A DNA stretch of 63,388 nt, the filler included, from Lenisia limosa (taxonomy: Eukaryota > Protista > Breviatea), in assembly GCA_001655205.1 (NCBI GenBank). It is 13 parts of 13 records of this genome, joined end to end, with 100 filler letters (N's around TTAATTAATTAA, not from the genome) between each part and the next. Parts side by side here need not be neighbours in the genome. Positions count along the whole stretch, not along the records: positions 1 to 1,715 come from LPNZ01001114.1; positions 1,816 to 9,323 come from LPNZ01008521.1; positions 9,424 to 13,010 come from LPNZ01004587.1; 10 more parts are not named here. One strand, given 5' to 3'. The notes beneath the pieces were generated by a model that made no database searches, was not told the DNA's origin, and saw only the letters and a list, made by a program, of their open reading frames with translations. Positions 1 to 12,835 of this stretch are shown here, in pieces. Both the position numbers and the translations under genes were made by a program. Positions within the stretch are counted from its first letter, which is position 1, and each line of letters starts with the position of its first letter.

Positions 1-555
1 CCCCCCCCCCCCCCCTGTAGAAGTTCCCTATTGAGCCCCTGCCAAGTAGTGCGATTCATTCCGTCATAGCGGATGGCCTGTCAGTTTCCTCGGCCGAGTG
101 CAGCACCGGGCATTTGCAGGGACTTGCGGGTGGGGGGATCATTGTGTGTTTAACAAGCTAACAAGGGAGCGTTTCATCATCTATTTTACTTTAGTCAGAG
201 TATAGTATCATTTGCATGTTAGAATATTTTTCATGTGAAGCTGGGGTTATTAAGCCTTAAAGTAAATTAGGTATTTACGAGTTGAATTGCCAAAAAAAAA
301 AGGGGGGAGGTGCCAGCATTTAACATAGTTCAATTGGGGTATTTAGCGATAATTAGAAGGGAGTTTTAATATTTTACAAAGGGGAGGGAGGGGGGAGTAA
401 CATTGGTATGGGATGGCCTGTCAGTTCGGCCAAGTGCAGTACCGGGCATTTGCAGGGGCTTGCAGGTTGGGGTGCGTGAAGAGGGTGTTAGTGAAGTGTT
501 TCTGTTTTATCATGTTATTATAATATCATTAGTATAACTTATACACCCCTCCCCA

Positions 556-656
556 ATCTTTACGCCAGTATTCTTCGTCGAAATTTCCTTCATTTTACGA
601 GTTGATTTGGGGCTTTTTTTTATGAGATACATTTCCAATTTTACCTCTCTCCCCAG
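556..656 (+). repeat. Family D intron 3'-end module
   Basis: acgccagtattcttcgtcgaaatttcc...gagttgatttggggc...ccaattttacctctctccccag, ending at a putative acceptor. Confidence 0.7.
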
Positions 657-775
657 ACCAAGTCACAGCCATGTCCAAAGGAAGCCCCAGATTCTCCCGT
701 CTCCTCCTAATGTCGCTTTACGAAAGCGGAGCGTTAATTCGTCATGGGTTGGTAAGGGCAATAACAGGTATACCT

Positions 776-868
776 TAGGCTTCACTTCGGTTCAAAAAAG
801 GCTGAATTTCTGGATAAATCCTCGAAAACTATCGATATTTTTCCAGTATATTTGGAACTGAAGTGAAT
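776..868. mobile_element. MITE family A copy, degenerate right end
   Basis: taggcttcacttcggttc...gaactgaagtgaa, flanked by gtatacct / gtatactt. Confidence 0.75.
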
Positions 869-1759
869 GGTATACTTTTGAAGTTGGTTAAAAGCCCTAG
901 GGAGAGCTGGACAGTTGATGATGACGTTCTACGACAACTTGCTGAGAGCCATGGTGATGGTGACGGTTTTATCCTGTCTAAAGACGTGCGACAGTCTTGT
1001 CTGGCCATATTGAAGGTGGAGAGGGGAGGAGGGTGACAATATATGATATGTTAACCCATATCCACTAGTGATATGATCATATGACCGACTTTCAAGTCGA
1101 AATGATGAAAGAAGATAACACGAGGGTTCATGCGAGTGTATCAGAGTATCATTGAGACCTGTTGGTCAATTATCAAACGAGTGGATATGAGGTATCGTAT
1201 CACTGCGTGGACAATGATAGTTCACACGTGTGAAAATAGTTCAAAAAATGCATATACTAGACAGCCTAAATATAATAATATATGGTAGGAATGATTGATG
1301 ATGTAATATCTTGTCCTCTTACTTTATAGCAACGAATTGCGACCTTCTCGGAAGTGGAACAGACCTGTATGGTCATAGCGGCTGTTCTAGGGTGGGGGAG
1401 GGTTTGAATAGATCCCAACGGTCCAAAAAACACCGGTAAAACATCGATATTTATCGAGGATTTATAAAGAAATTCAGTCTTTTTTGTGTAGGGAGGTTCT
1501 AGTTCTAGCACAAAGAGATATTTATGATGTGTTAGTTTGATGGTGAGAGTTTCACTTCGGTTAAAAAAAGAAGACAGATTTTCTCGATAAATCCTTGAAA
1601 ACAATCGATATTTCACTGGTCTTTTTCGAGTTCCTCCTCCAACACCGACCGTAATATTTGTTCTCACCCTTGATTTTGGGATATGGAATGTGGTGCTGCA
1701 GAAGCGACTGGCCTGNNNNNNNNNNNNNNNNNNNNNNNNNNNNNNNNNNNNNNNNNNNN

Positions 1760-1771
1760 TTAATTAATTAA
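1760..1771. other. Artificial scaffold linker, first of 12
   Basis: TTAATTAATTAA (stops in all six frames) between ~44-N pads. Also at 9368, 13055, 20560, 22931, 25220, 29424, 32158, 42300, 49167, 54915 and 61306. Confidence 0.97.
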
Positions 1772-1904
1772 NNNNNNNNNNNNNNNNNNNNNNNNNNNNN
1801 NNNNNNNNNNNNNNNAGTTAAAAGCAAACAGTTATACAACTTACTGAGGTTTTTCCGGAGAAAAACACATTTATCCCCTTATTTAATAAACATATTCCCT
1901 TAAA

Positions 1905-2748
1905 ATGAAGTTTGGCAAGTCCATTTCCTCTTCTTCTGAGAAGTACAAGCAATTCATTGAGCCTACTCTCTGGATTGATTACAAAAACCTCAAGAGAGTA
2001 GGTTGTTTTTACAACTCTTTCCTCGCTATTTGCATGCTGTTATAAGGCTAATTTGTCTAGAACATTAAGAGTGGGTCTGGTTTCCAAGCTCTTCTTGATG
2101 GCGAGTTCTCCAAGGTATTCTACTGGCCTTTCGTTTCCCTTCGTCTTCGTATCATGCAATTTTTCTAATCATTGGCTTTAGGTTGAGAAGACCGCCAAAG
2201 AACTCGTGACCCGTGTCGTGAAACTCGTCGAAGATGCTCCCGACAGCAAGGCCAACACAGTCCTTGATCACAAGAATGCCGAGCTCTTCAGAGAGTGTAG
2301 AGCTATCGAGGCCTTTATCAATGAAAATATGGAGGGTGTTCGTAAGATCTGTAAGAAGATGGAGAAGAAAGACAAGAGCAATGCTGGCCTCGAGGAGAAG
2401 TACAAGGCTAGATGTGTTGAGGTATGCGTTTTCTTTCCCTTAAATCCAAGAATAGAATCAATTAACTATTGAGCCATTTCTTGCTTCCGTCCAGACAGTA
2501 TTATTATTTTTTTTTTTTATTTTTTTTTTGTTCTGGCCTCACTTTTCAAATTAATAATTTCACCTAGCTTCACTCCACTTACTCGTAATATGATATAACA
2601 CTCTTGCTGTTCCTGATATCCGTAGACCTTTGAGGTCTTCCTTTCTGAGCTTTTCCCCGCCATTGAGCTCCTCTTTGCTAAGAGTGGCAATGAAGTTAAA
2701 TCTGCCGATCAGAGCGATGTGGGAGGGCCGACCCTTTTTGGGAAGTGA
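1905..2748 (+). CDS. Stand-alone SPX-domain protein, 4 exons, ~170 aa
   Basis: Spliced reading MKFGKSISSSSEKYKQFIEPTLWIDYKNLKR|NIKSGSGFQALLDGEFSK|VEKTAKELV...FINENMEGVRKICKKMEKK...CVE|TFEVFLSELFP...GPTLFGK*. It contains the SPX motifs MKFGK, YxxLK and N.xG.RKI.KK. GT-AG introns are in frame. Confidence 0.85.
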
Positions 2749-3223
2749 ATAAGGTGGTTTTTTTTATACTATATTCATATTCCCTTTTCTTGAGTATCTG
2801 CTTCACAATACTCTAGTTTCATGCAAAACCAGGTATTTTATCCTCACTTTCTAACGCACAACATTATTCAAGAAGAAAACAGGGTTTTATTTTCACTCAC
2901 GTTCTTACAATAATATTCTTCATGGAAATCTCCTTCGTTTAACCCCCCGCCCCTATCCACATATTCGCTGGACTGACCCCCCTCAGGACCCACNNNNNNN
3001 NNNNNNNNNNNNNNNNNNNNNNNNNNNNNNNNNNNNNNNNNNNNNNNNNNNNNNNNNNNNNNNNNNNNNNNNNNNTGATGAATGCCTGGAGCCTTGTCTA
3101 GGTACTGATGGTTGTGTTATTTATATTATGTTTTGATGCCGCTCTGGTTCATCTTTGTGTCAAGAAGTCTCATAAAACTTTTCATGCGTCTGTGAATGAG
3201 GAGCTTGCGTCACAAAACAGGAT

Positions 3224-6200
3224 TTATCCACAATAACAGGCGTTGTTACACATAGTGAGTGATATACTGTACACTGAAGTAAGACAAGAAAAACATAGAA
3301 AAACCTAAATCAGAACCTAAAGGGTGAGAGAAGTTGGACCCGAACCATTTTCCCAAAACGCCAATATCAATAGCCAAACCCACTCTTTGCCATGGTCCAC
3401 GGAAATGTTATAGGAAGGCTTCACAAGGGTGGTCGCTAAGTCATATTGCCCTATTATGTCAGTTGGGCTTCTTCACAAAGGAAATAGTTTGTCTACCACT
3501 CCCATAAAAAAAAAAAAAAAAANNNNNNNNNNNNNNNNNNNNNNNNNNNNNNNNNNNNNNNNNNNNNNNNNNNNNNNNNNNNNNNNNNNATACAGCTGTC
3601 ATATCCATCATCAAATGAGGACATAATTCCACCCACCCGGGCCTGGCGTCGCGCTTGTTGACTGATGATGGAATCTTGAGGACTACATTGAGCGTAAGAA
3701 TGCTGTCAAATAGATAATCGTTTCAAAAATCGAATCACAATACAATCTTGTGCTACTTCCTCCTCCACCTTCTGATTGAACGCGTTGGTCCGTTTTGTCT
3801 GAAATAATCAGAAAATAAACCACTGAGTAAAAGTATCAACAGTTTGGGAGAATATTTAGAATCGAGAAATCCAACTAACTAAAGGTTTTGATACGTCATA
3901 GCTTCCTGGCGCTGGATCATCCGAATATTCTACTGCTAAAAAAAGTAAAACGACTTCACCTTGTCGTCTCGTAAGAAAGTACCCCCCCCCCCCNNNNNNN
4001 NNNNNNNNNNNNNNNNNNNNNNNNNNNNNNNNNNNNNNNNNNNNNNNNNNNNNNNNNNNNNNNNNNNNNNNNNNNNNNNNNNNNNNNNNNNGGCATTTGT
4101 TTTGGATTCCTCAGAGCCTTGAAGGTGTCACAAATGTACAGAAAATAGTGCCTGATAAAAAGAAGGTAAAGAGGCATTCCCACCTTTTCAGCCTCCAAAG
4201 AGTTATAATAACCTGGGGGTGGTGCGTCGCTCGTCTTGCTCAGTGTACGTTCTTCAGTGTAAAATGCAATCCAAATATCCTTAAAGAGTACAAAAGCTCA
4301 TAGAAACAATATCAATTGGAAGGAGCAAAGCAATCCTCTACTCCCAAAATAGATGTACAAGAATAGGAATAACAACACTCCAAACCAAACCAACCCGTTT
4401 TAGACTTAAATATTGATGAAGGTTTCGTAGGGTTGGCAGGCCGGCGACACGAGCGGCCAACCGATCGCTCAACTAAAGAAATAAACACACTTTGGAAAAG
4501 TCTTGCTGAAACTAATGTAGATCACAGTTCGAAGGCAACCTTTATTGGTATCCAATCGTTCAGGATCTTCTACTTCTAAAGCCTTCTTCATAGGTCGTGT
4601 CCTTAATGACTCGTGGGTTCCGGGCTACATAATAATTTGACTTTGCTGTATCAATGTTGATTTAAATAGTTTGCTTTTACCACTAACATCAGAGAACCTG
4701 CCAGTGGTGGAGCCGAAGGCGCCGAAGAGTTCACCTTGCCGATTAAGAACGGCCTGGGCTGTTGGGTCCGGTAAACTGTATGACCCTGGTCCTGGCGTGC
4801 TTCCTTTGATGTTTGATGATCTACTGTGGTAAGCCGCAAACTGGAGAGATCATAACAGTTTACACATGATACCAAACACCTACCGAGCAGAAGTGGAACC
4901 GAAGACAGCTCTTTTCCTTCCGATTTGCCGAGGTCCTGTGAACGCCGAGCTAACAGCATATGAACCTGGTCCCTTTGGGGTGAGATAGAAGAGAATGATA
5001 AGACTGCAATCCCACAATAGACAAAAACGTGCTGTAATTATCTCCCACTCCACAAAAAATGACACCCCAACCAACAGGGTTCGCGACACTTTGTGGTGCG
5101 TAGATGGAAGTGGGGTCAATATCACTTGTTCTGAAAGCGTAAAAGCCGTAATGTAAAGGCGAATAAGCAATCAAAAGCAATACGTACCTTCGTGATGTAG
5201 AACCGAAATGCTGCTTATGCAGGGGCTGCTGTGCTGAAGCGAAAGGATCGCGGGTATTGTACTCCCCAGGCCCGGGTACTGCGTCTCTTATCGCCTAGAT
5301 CGTTATCCGCTTGGTTGAAAAAATAGTATTAAGAACTAAATTATGAATCAAACAAAATAATGCCCAGGGAGGGTAACCAAGCAAAATAATGCCGAGGGAG
5401 GGCAACCAAACAAAATAATGCCGAGGGAGAGTAACCCAACAAAATAATGCCTTGGGAGGGCAAATAAACAAAATAGTGCCGAGGGAGGGCAACCAAACAA
5501 AATAATGCCGAGGGAGAGTAACCAAACAAAATAATGCCGAGGGAGGGCAACCAAACAAAATAATGCCGAGGGAGATAATAGTCTTCCATCTCCCCAATCC
5601 CACAGTTTCGGTAAATCTTGGAATACCACTTTGGAAGGAAGAGGAATGGCCCTTGCTGAATTTTTGTTTTCCACTCAGAATATCGGTTGCTAAGTTGTAC
5701 TCCCCCGGGGCTGGGTTATCCTCCTTCGGCTCAAATACCTGATGAAGTTATTGCGAATTTGAGGAAGGAAGGGTATTATTTGTTTGAGAGCAAAAGCTTA
5801 TCCTTCAAACACAAAGTTCACATAATCACAATATCATATGATACTTGAGAAAGGAAATATGCTGAAAGTGATATAAATCAAGGTAGCATCTGGCCAAAGC
5901 CATCCACACCATCTCACTTACATATCATAGTATTATATCATATTATATACTATATAAATGGATTATAGTAACTATAATCCATGAATACTTTTCTCTGAGT
6001 TTTTGACTTGGAGAACGCCGGAGCGGGTCCTGATGAAGCGGGACCAGTTTGACTGTAGTAAGCGGGTCCAAGCTGAAGGTGTATTAAGAGTATATAAAAA
6101 CAGAATACTTGAAGAATGACAAACATAATTCAAAAAAGAAGACAGGTATCAAAGAGAACCTTCAAACCACCAACCGTGTCATCTGTTGAAGGCGGGCGCT

Positions 6201-7078
6201 GTGGAACCACATTGCCGCCTATGTTGTTTATGTCACACTGAAACTACCCCGTACTCCTCCATTCATCCAACCACACGCACTCTGCTCATCATCGACATAA
6301 CCAAAAGTTTGATTGCCTCTCGGGATGCTTGGTGCCGACTTTGCCGTGGTCCATTCAACAGGTCTGCCGCCGATATCGCTGACTTTCGTGCGCGGCGTCC
6401 GCTGTTGTTTCGCGTTTTCTAGGGCGGTAACAGATTTATTCCTTTGATGAAAAAAAAAAAAGTTATCGGAAAGCGTAATGTATCTTTGTGAATGGGAATA
6501 TTGGGAAATGAGACGGCCTACTGCTTCCGATGCTCATGGCTTTTTGGGTTTCATATTGCCCAGGACCTGGGTTGTCTCCCTGTTTGCTTTTGAAGCGAGA
6601 TGTCTAATTTGTCAGTCTTGACTTTTGATAAAGCTATCTTTGAAATTCCTATCTTTCTCACCCGGGAAGAAATAGAAACGGGAACCTTTTTCGCAGGAGC
6701 AGTAGTAACATTATAGGACCCTGGCGCTAAAAAAGTCACTTTCCACAACAACTTTCATGCAAAGAGTAAGATGTGAAAGGGCACAAATCAGTAATAAAAG
6801 ATAATGCAGCATTCCATCAACAAACCAGGTCCAGACTCCGCTGCTTCAGCCTTGAACTCTCGAGGGGTCGTGGACATGAATGGGGCGTACCTACGATTGT
6901 CGTCAGCGGAACCGATTAATGGAATTCCACGAGGCTTATAAACAATAATGGTCCATTTGGCCTACCCGTGACCATGGGAGCGGTCTGTCGCAAGAGTGTA
7001 CGACCCTGGGCCCACTTCACTTCCAGTCGTTCCAAGGGGAAGAGTCAGATCTCTCTTGCCCCTGGATGTAAAAGCCAT
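3224..7078 (-). CDS. STPG2: STPG2-like sperm-tail PG-rich (SHIPPO) repeat protein, multi-exon; 3' end approximate
   Basis: Starts MAFTSRGKRDLTLPLGTTGSEVGPGSY, followed by YAPFMSTTPR. Later exons carry LAPGSYN, LGPAYY, PAPGEYN, VPGPGEYN, GPGSYA, TPGPGSYS, PAPGSYD and TPGP|GQYDLATTLVKPSYNI. The N-terminal VGPGSY...APF.S...R and C-terminal KP.(Y/F)N pattern resemble STPG2 as I recall it. Confidence 0.75.
5349..5578. repeat. Intronic 29-bp minisatellite, about 8 copies
   Basis: Unit aaacaaaataatgccgagggag(g/a)g(c/t)aacc is tandemly repeated inside an intron of the STPG2-like gene. Confidence 0.9.
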
Positions 7079-7419
7079 GTTGAGATATTTTTTTATGACG
7101 TTATAGGCGATAATAGCGCACTTAGAACAAAATTGGTTGGAAAAAAAGGATACTCTATTATGTACAATACCATCCCCATTCCACATTAATTAGGTTTGGC
7201 TGGATCTTGCCCCCTTTCCCCAGCTTTTCCTCCTCTCCCAGCTCTCTCTCTCCTCATTGTCCTCCATTATTAAATAAACGCACCTAGATTATTGCCGCCA
7301 ATTAGAGTAGTATCGTTTTGCCCCGAGACTTTATTCACCTGAGTTTCTTAGTTGTATCATCATGAAAGCACAATTCCTAGAATGGCTATTTGCTGCTATT
7401 ATCCCGGTTTTGCTCATTC

Positions 7420-7900
7420 ATACTTGTGTAGCTCACGCAGCATCCTTAAAGTTTGACAGGGCTTCTTTTTTTTTGATTACTTTTTTTTTTCTTTGTTCAC
7501 GTCACAGGCTTCCAACCGGAACAGTGTGTGACACCCCGGCATCCGCTGAAGAGGTTGTTCCCCTCTCCACAGTCATTGCAAGAGAAACAGTGGTTGGCTG
7601 TGATATAGTGTAGACTGTGATATTCAGATTCCAGTATTTTGAGTTTACTTGACCAGCTGCTCGACTTGATCCAGGAACTCAGGACCGATCTGGAAGCTCT
7701 CAATGCCACAGTGAATCAGAACGGAGTATGATGGCGCTTTTTGCTTCGCTCTGGGACAAGGGCGAATTGTCTTATTGTTCACAGATTGCGAAGTCTCCAT
7801 TTAGCACTTTCAGTAGCTGCAACACTATTAAGGCTTTTGCAGATCTCAGCGGCGGTTGGCGGGCGGTCTGATGATAGAGCAGTGTGGTTGGTGCTATGAT
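7420..7900 (-). CDS. Small multi-exon gene of unknown function with a Cys-rich exon
   Basis: Exon-like readings AKQKAPSYSVLIHCGIESFQIGPEFLDQVEQLV and ANHCFSCNDCGEGNNLFSGCRGVTHCSGWKP, bounded by GT/AG. No family recognised. Confidence 0.35.
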
Positions 7901-8123
7901 AAATTGATTTTGGCTTTCTTCGTATATATCCGCCAGTTCCCTTTTTTCTTCTTTCCCCTTCTCCTCTTTGTGTCATCACTTTAAATTTTTTTCGGGGTTG
8001 TGCCTCGCGATTTCGTTTTTTATCCTCTTTTTTTATTTTCAACAGAGCTAACTTCAATTGAATTCATGCTAATATCAGTAGCTTCAGTTGTTATGTATAC
8101 CCCTCATTGTTTGACCGCTGTAG

Positions 8124-8870
8124 AGACAGTGGAGTCAGGTGTCTTCTACATAAAGCCAACAGGATTGTCTAAGGTGAATGATGTAAATACTGCTTCTGTT
8201 CCGAACACCTCTTTCATGTCATTGATGTCGGCCAGATACGCTGTTTTATTTCTCATTTCTATATCATATGATCTTTCCTTCCTTTAACACCAGGCTGTTA
8301 CTGCGTACTGTGACATGGTTGAAGACGGTGGTGGTTGGACGTGAGCAGCAGCGGTATTATCACGTTCAAGGCTTGAATGGTTCTATTTCACTCGTGATAT
8401 TGCAAATAGCTAATTGAAATGGCTATAATATATATTATAGTATATATAAATTATATACTACATGGATATTTATTTATTTTGAAATACACCACACATGCAC
8501 GACGAAGTAATTAATTCCTTTAGACTGATCCTGAACTACTACACAGCTGATGGTATTCACAGAGACAACGTTGTGGGTGGTGGATGTTATTTACAGAGAC
8601 AACGTTGTGGGTGGTGGATGTGGGTGGTGGATGTTATTCACAGAGACTGGGTGGTGGATGGGTATTTTTTGGACACTCCGAGTTTTTTCTTTCTGACCAC
8701 CCATCTTATTTACTGTTTTCTTGTGATACGGGTATGTATTTTCAGGACAAACAATTCCTCTACCGACCACTCTGAAAGTGACCATTCAGTACCGTGACAA
8801 TGCCTTCCCGGTGTACACAGAACGGGCGTTGGGCTTTGACGGGTCCACTGTAGCTGACGAATGGGGACAG
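8124..8870 (+). CDS. Fibrinogen-related (FReD-like) motif protein fragment
   Basis: Exons ETVESGVFYIKPTGLSK|AVTAYCDMVEDGGGWT|LILNYYTADGIHRDNVV|GQTIPLPTTLKV...EWGQ. SGV.YI.P...YCDM..DGGGWTLI is the N-terminal fibrinogen-C-domain signature. Confidence 0.65.
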
Positions 8871-9479
8871 GTGAGGGGGGGGGGGGGANNNNNNNNNNNN
8901 NNNNNNNNNNNNNNNNNNNNNNNNNNNNNNNNNNNNNNNNNNNNNNNNNNNNNNNNNNNNNNNNNNNNNNNNNNNNNNNNNNNNNNNNNNNNNNNNNNNN
9001 NNNNNNNNNNNNNNNNNNNNNNNNNNNNNNNNNNNNNNNAATTATACAAGGTCAAATAGCTATGACATACTCCCATTATATATACTATACAAATTATATA
9101 TATCATATGCATTTTGTCAAAATTCTTGATTTACGGTCTAAAAATGCATTAAAACAGGTGAGTTAAATTGACCATTATCTCACGGATCTGATTATCAACA
9201 ATAGTCAAGGATCTTCAATGAATTTTTGAACCAATGTTAAAGCCAATTTTCCCAGATTGGTGGGCTCAATTCTCTTTTTACCGTTTTTAAAATATATATT
9301 ATATTTATGCATACATGTATATANNNNNNNNNNNNNNNNNNNNNNNNNNNNNNNNNNNNNNNNNNNNTTAATTAATTAANNNNNNNNNNNNNNNNNNNNN
9401 NNNNNNNNNNNNNNNNNNNNNNNAAAAAAAAAAAAACCCCTTCTGAAAGATCTATTATGTCACCCCACATTCCTTAAGT

Positions 9480-12400
9480 CCATCCCCCCAACAGTTGACG
9501 ATTTGAAAATGTTCCAAAAATGACTCCAATGCTTCTGTCGAAGATAAATAAACAAGCTCGCGGCAGAGAGCCAGATCAGAGTGGAGTACGCCGTCTGGAT
9601 GGTGACATTCTGTTCAAAGAAAGTGTCAATTTTCAACTTACTCCTCCCCCCATATCAAACCCTCCAAAAAAGAATAAATATATAGTATATATAATATACT
9701 ATATCATATATGTATCATATTTAATAAAACAGCTATTACATGACCCCCCCCCTCCTCCACATACATGACTTGAGGGGAGACTGTTTAGGAAGGGCAAGAA
9801 GAGCCCAGCATAAACCACAAGGAGCACAAATGCAATATGTACTGCGGGAGTAAGATGGAGGGAAATGGCGTGAGATGAGGGCTACGGCATATTAATGCAA
9901 ACGACTGGGCGGGGAGAAAAAAAAGGAAAAAAAAGACAAAAAAAAAAACAAAGGAAAAAAAAAANNNNNNNNNNNNNNNNNNNNNNNNNNNNNNNNNNNN
10001 NNNNNNNNNNNNNNNNNNNNNNNNNNNNNNAATCACATATTATGGTTTTTCCAAAAGTCAACTATTAAACGATCCGAATATTTTAGCCTACCAAATATGG
10101 AAGAACATGGGGAAGCCATGAACCAAAACAAGGTCAAGCCCATCGCGGATATTTGACCGAATGTCCTAATATGGTAAGTAGCAAATGTAAATAAATATCC
10201 TAATATGGTAAGTTGCATATTTATATATCTCCTCAAGGTCACAAAAAGACCGAATATCACGGAAAATTCTCGATGAATATCGATATTTAAATGGTCTTTT
10301 TCGAATTGTAGGGTGGTCCAAGTGACAACAAATTTTGCTGTCTTTTACCTCACCCCCAACCATTCGCTCTCGGAGTGAATAACGTAAGACAGAGAGGTAA
10401 ACAAGACGAAGAATGTAAGAGCGGTGCTGATTTTCAGGGAAGCTGCAAGGAGAATTGGGTACGGCGGAGAAGGTGGGAGGATTCGAGGGGACATCTACAA
10501 GGGTAATAAGGACGTTAGTTGTTGTATCATATGATATGCTGGGCACGCAGAAAGCTGTGTACACAGAGTTGTAAGGCGAATGATTGAGTGAATTAATATT
10601 CAGCTGTAATTCATATATCTTATAATCGTGATGATATGGACGGTTTCGGACAGATACAAACTTGCTTTTTATTTCTCTTGGTATATACTATATGATATGA
10701 GTATATGATACTATCATATACCCTGGGTGCTATATAAGGGTAATTGTGACAATGTATGATATTTAAAAGCTGAGTTGACATCAACCCTTTGCCCCCGTGA
10801 ATATGCGCTAACATATCATTCTGTCTCTCAAAAAAAGTACACAGAACATACCTGTAAAAGAGTAGCCCACAGTAGGAGGGACAGAATGCCCCACACAAAT
10901 GGAAATTGAACACTAAATGGTGAGAAAAGACACCAGCTTTACCAGACAGTAGGGTTTCACTTCGGTTCAAAAAAAGACTGAATTTTTCGATAAATCCTCA
11001 AAAACTATCTATACTATTTTTCCAGTGTTTCCGACCAAAGTGAAGCTCAACTAGTAATACCCGATACTCATAGTTAGAAAAGACACCAGTTATACCTAGG
11101 TCCCTTCGGTCCGAAAAAGACCGTTTAAATATCGATATTAATCGAAGATTTATTGGTTTGGGTCCCCCTCCCACCCAATCGGATAGCCTAGGGCAAGAAA
11201 AAGACTAAGTCCCGCGAAAACTCCAAGGAACAGTCGGGTCTGGTTAACATGGAACGCGACAAAGACGTTGTTGTCAATCTTGATGTTGTCGTTGGTGAGG
11301 AGCAAGCCTGCCGAGCGGTTGCCTAATTTGCGTAAAATAAGGACAAATGTCTGAAAGTATTGGATTTTTAGCATAATGCCANNNNNNNNNNNNNNNNNNN
11401 NNNNNNNNNNNNNNNNNNNNNNNNNNNNNNNNNNNNNNNNNNNNNNNNNNNNNNNNNNNNNNNNNNNNNNNNNNNNNNNNNNNNNNNNNNNNNNNNNNNN
11501 NNNNNNNNNNNNNNNNNNNNNNNNNTTTCTGGTTCTTTTGTAAAATTTAATAATAATCTCATTAAAACCACAATAATTCAAAAAAAGAGTCACCCGACCC
11601 GACCCAACTTTCGGGCTGAGCCTCCACCCATTCGTCCATCGTCATGGCCTTGGTGGCAGGTCGTGAGGAAATTCCCGTGTCCCAATCTGAGGCTGCCTGG
11701 GGGGAAATTTCGATGAAGAATATTGGCGTTAAGGAAATCACGAAACGAATAATCTGAAACTCCAAAAAAACAAAACAAAAAAACAAAAAAAAAAAAATCT
11801 AAAACGCAATCAAAAACGATTGGGGTTTTTTTTGAAGGAGGGGGTAACAGGAGTAAAAATGGACAAATTATTAAAAAAAGAAGGCCACAATCGACCTTGA
11901 TTGCTTGTAACACACGAGGGTTGAAAACAACAACAAAAAACAAAAACAATTACAGACTTGTCGCTTCTAAATAGACCTCCANNNNNNNNNNNNNNNNNNN
12001 NNNNNNNNNNNNNNNNNNNNNNNNNNNNNNNNNNNNTTGCGTGTTCGCGCCGGCGTGCCACCAGATAGCGCTTCGGCCCAAAAGGTGTGCAGGGAGTCCC
12101 TTCCTAATTTGGTAAGTTTCTTTCCTAATTTGGTAAGTTTCTTTCCTAATTTGGCAAGTGGCATTCTTGTCTTCCTAATACGGAAGTTTGCTCGAAAAAT
12201 TCTCAAAAACATTGATGTATTCTCAGTTTCTTTTTGCCCCTCCCCCCCCTTTCATTCAAAGGGGTCAAGTAATATACGTATATTACGTTTCAGATTATTC
12301 AGTTCGTGATTAGTATGTATATATTATATGTATACACATGTATTAATAAAGTATAGGCATATGAGTATACAACCCACCTTTCAAAGGCGTCAAATCGCGG

Positions 12401-12790
12401 TAAAGCAGACCAAACTTCAAATGTTCAACAATCTTGTGGCGTGAAATGATTTTTTTGAAAATCAATAATATCTATATTAAGAAAATAGTTTAAATCGAAA
12501 GCAATGAGCAAAAAAAGTTTGTATCTGGCCGAAGCCGTCCACATCATCACGCTTATAAGAGATATTGGATTAGAGTATAATACCAAATAACCATATCACC
12601 ATTTAATCAATCATATCACCATATAAAAAAGTCAGAGCGTCAAAAAGTCCGGCATCAAAAATTATGGGCAAGAACCATATATTCACCACATACCCTATTC
12701 CCCCCAAACCACATCGACTTCGGACGAAAGAGAGGACTCCCAGTCCGGGTCAGAGATCCACGGGCTTGTCTGCGGGATGTCCTCCTATAA
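9480..12790 (-). CDS. Multi-pass membrane protein fragment, family unknown
   Basis: Series of hydrophobic GT-AG-bounded exons, e.g. RLFLGVFAGLSLFLALGYPIG, QFPFVWGILSLLLWATLLQ, LKISTALTFFVLFTSLSYVI, FGQISAMGLTLFWFMAS, HIAFVLLVVYAGLFLPFL, AYSTLIWLSAASLFIYLRQKHW. Confidence 0.5.
10533..10690 (+). repeat. Family B interspersed repeat, near full length (strand is consensus orientation)
   Basis: ggcacgcagaaagctgtgtacacagagttgtaaggc...ataatcgtgatgatatggacggtttcggacagatac...ttttatttctc. Homologues at ~12500, 12836, 18003, 18691, 21361, 22850, 29355, 32545, 43765, 47685, 60865 and 62005. Confidence 0.8.
12500..12575 (-). repeat. Family B copy
   Basis: gcaatgag...gtatctggccgaagccgtccacatcatcacgcttataagagata. 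Confidence 0.8.
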
Positions 12791-12835
12791 AGTCACGGGA
12801 GTGTCACATATACATGAATAATATCATATAATATA

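Noticed and set aside
5295-5674. Three overlapping hydrophobic repetitive ORFs, and a possible CRISPR-like array
   Set aside because: They are translations of a 29-bp intronic minisatellite. There are no unique spacers and no cas genes.
12550-12570. cttataagagata resembles the Nextera/Tn5 mosaic end
   Set aside because: The match is partial and lies within a longer diverged genomic repeat (family B), so it is not adapter contamination.
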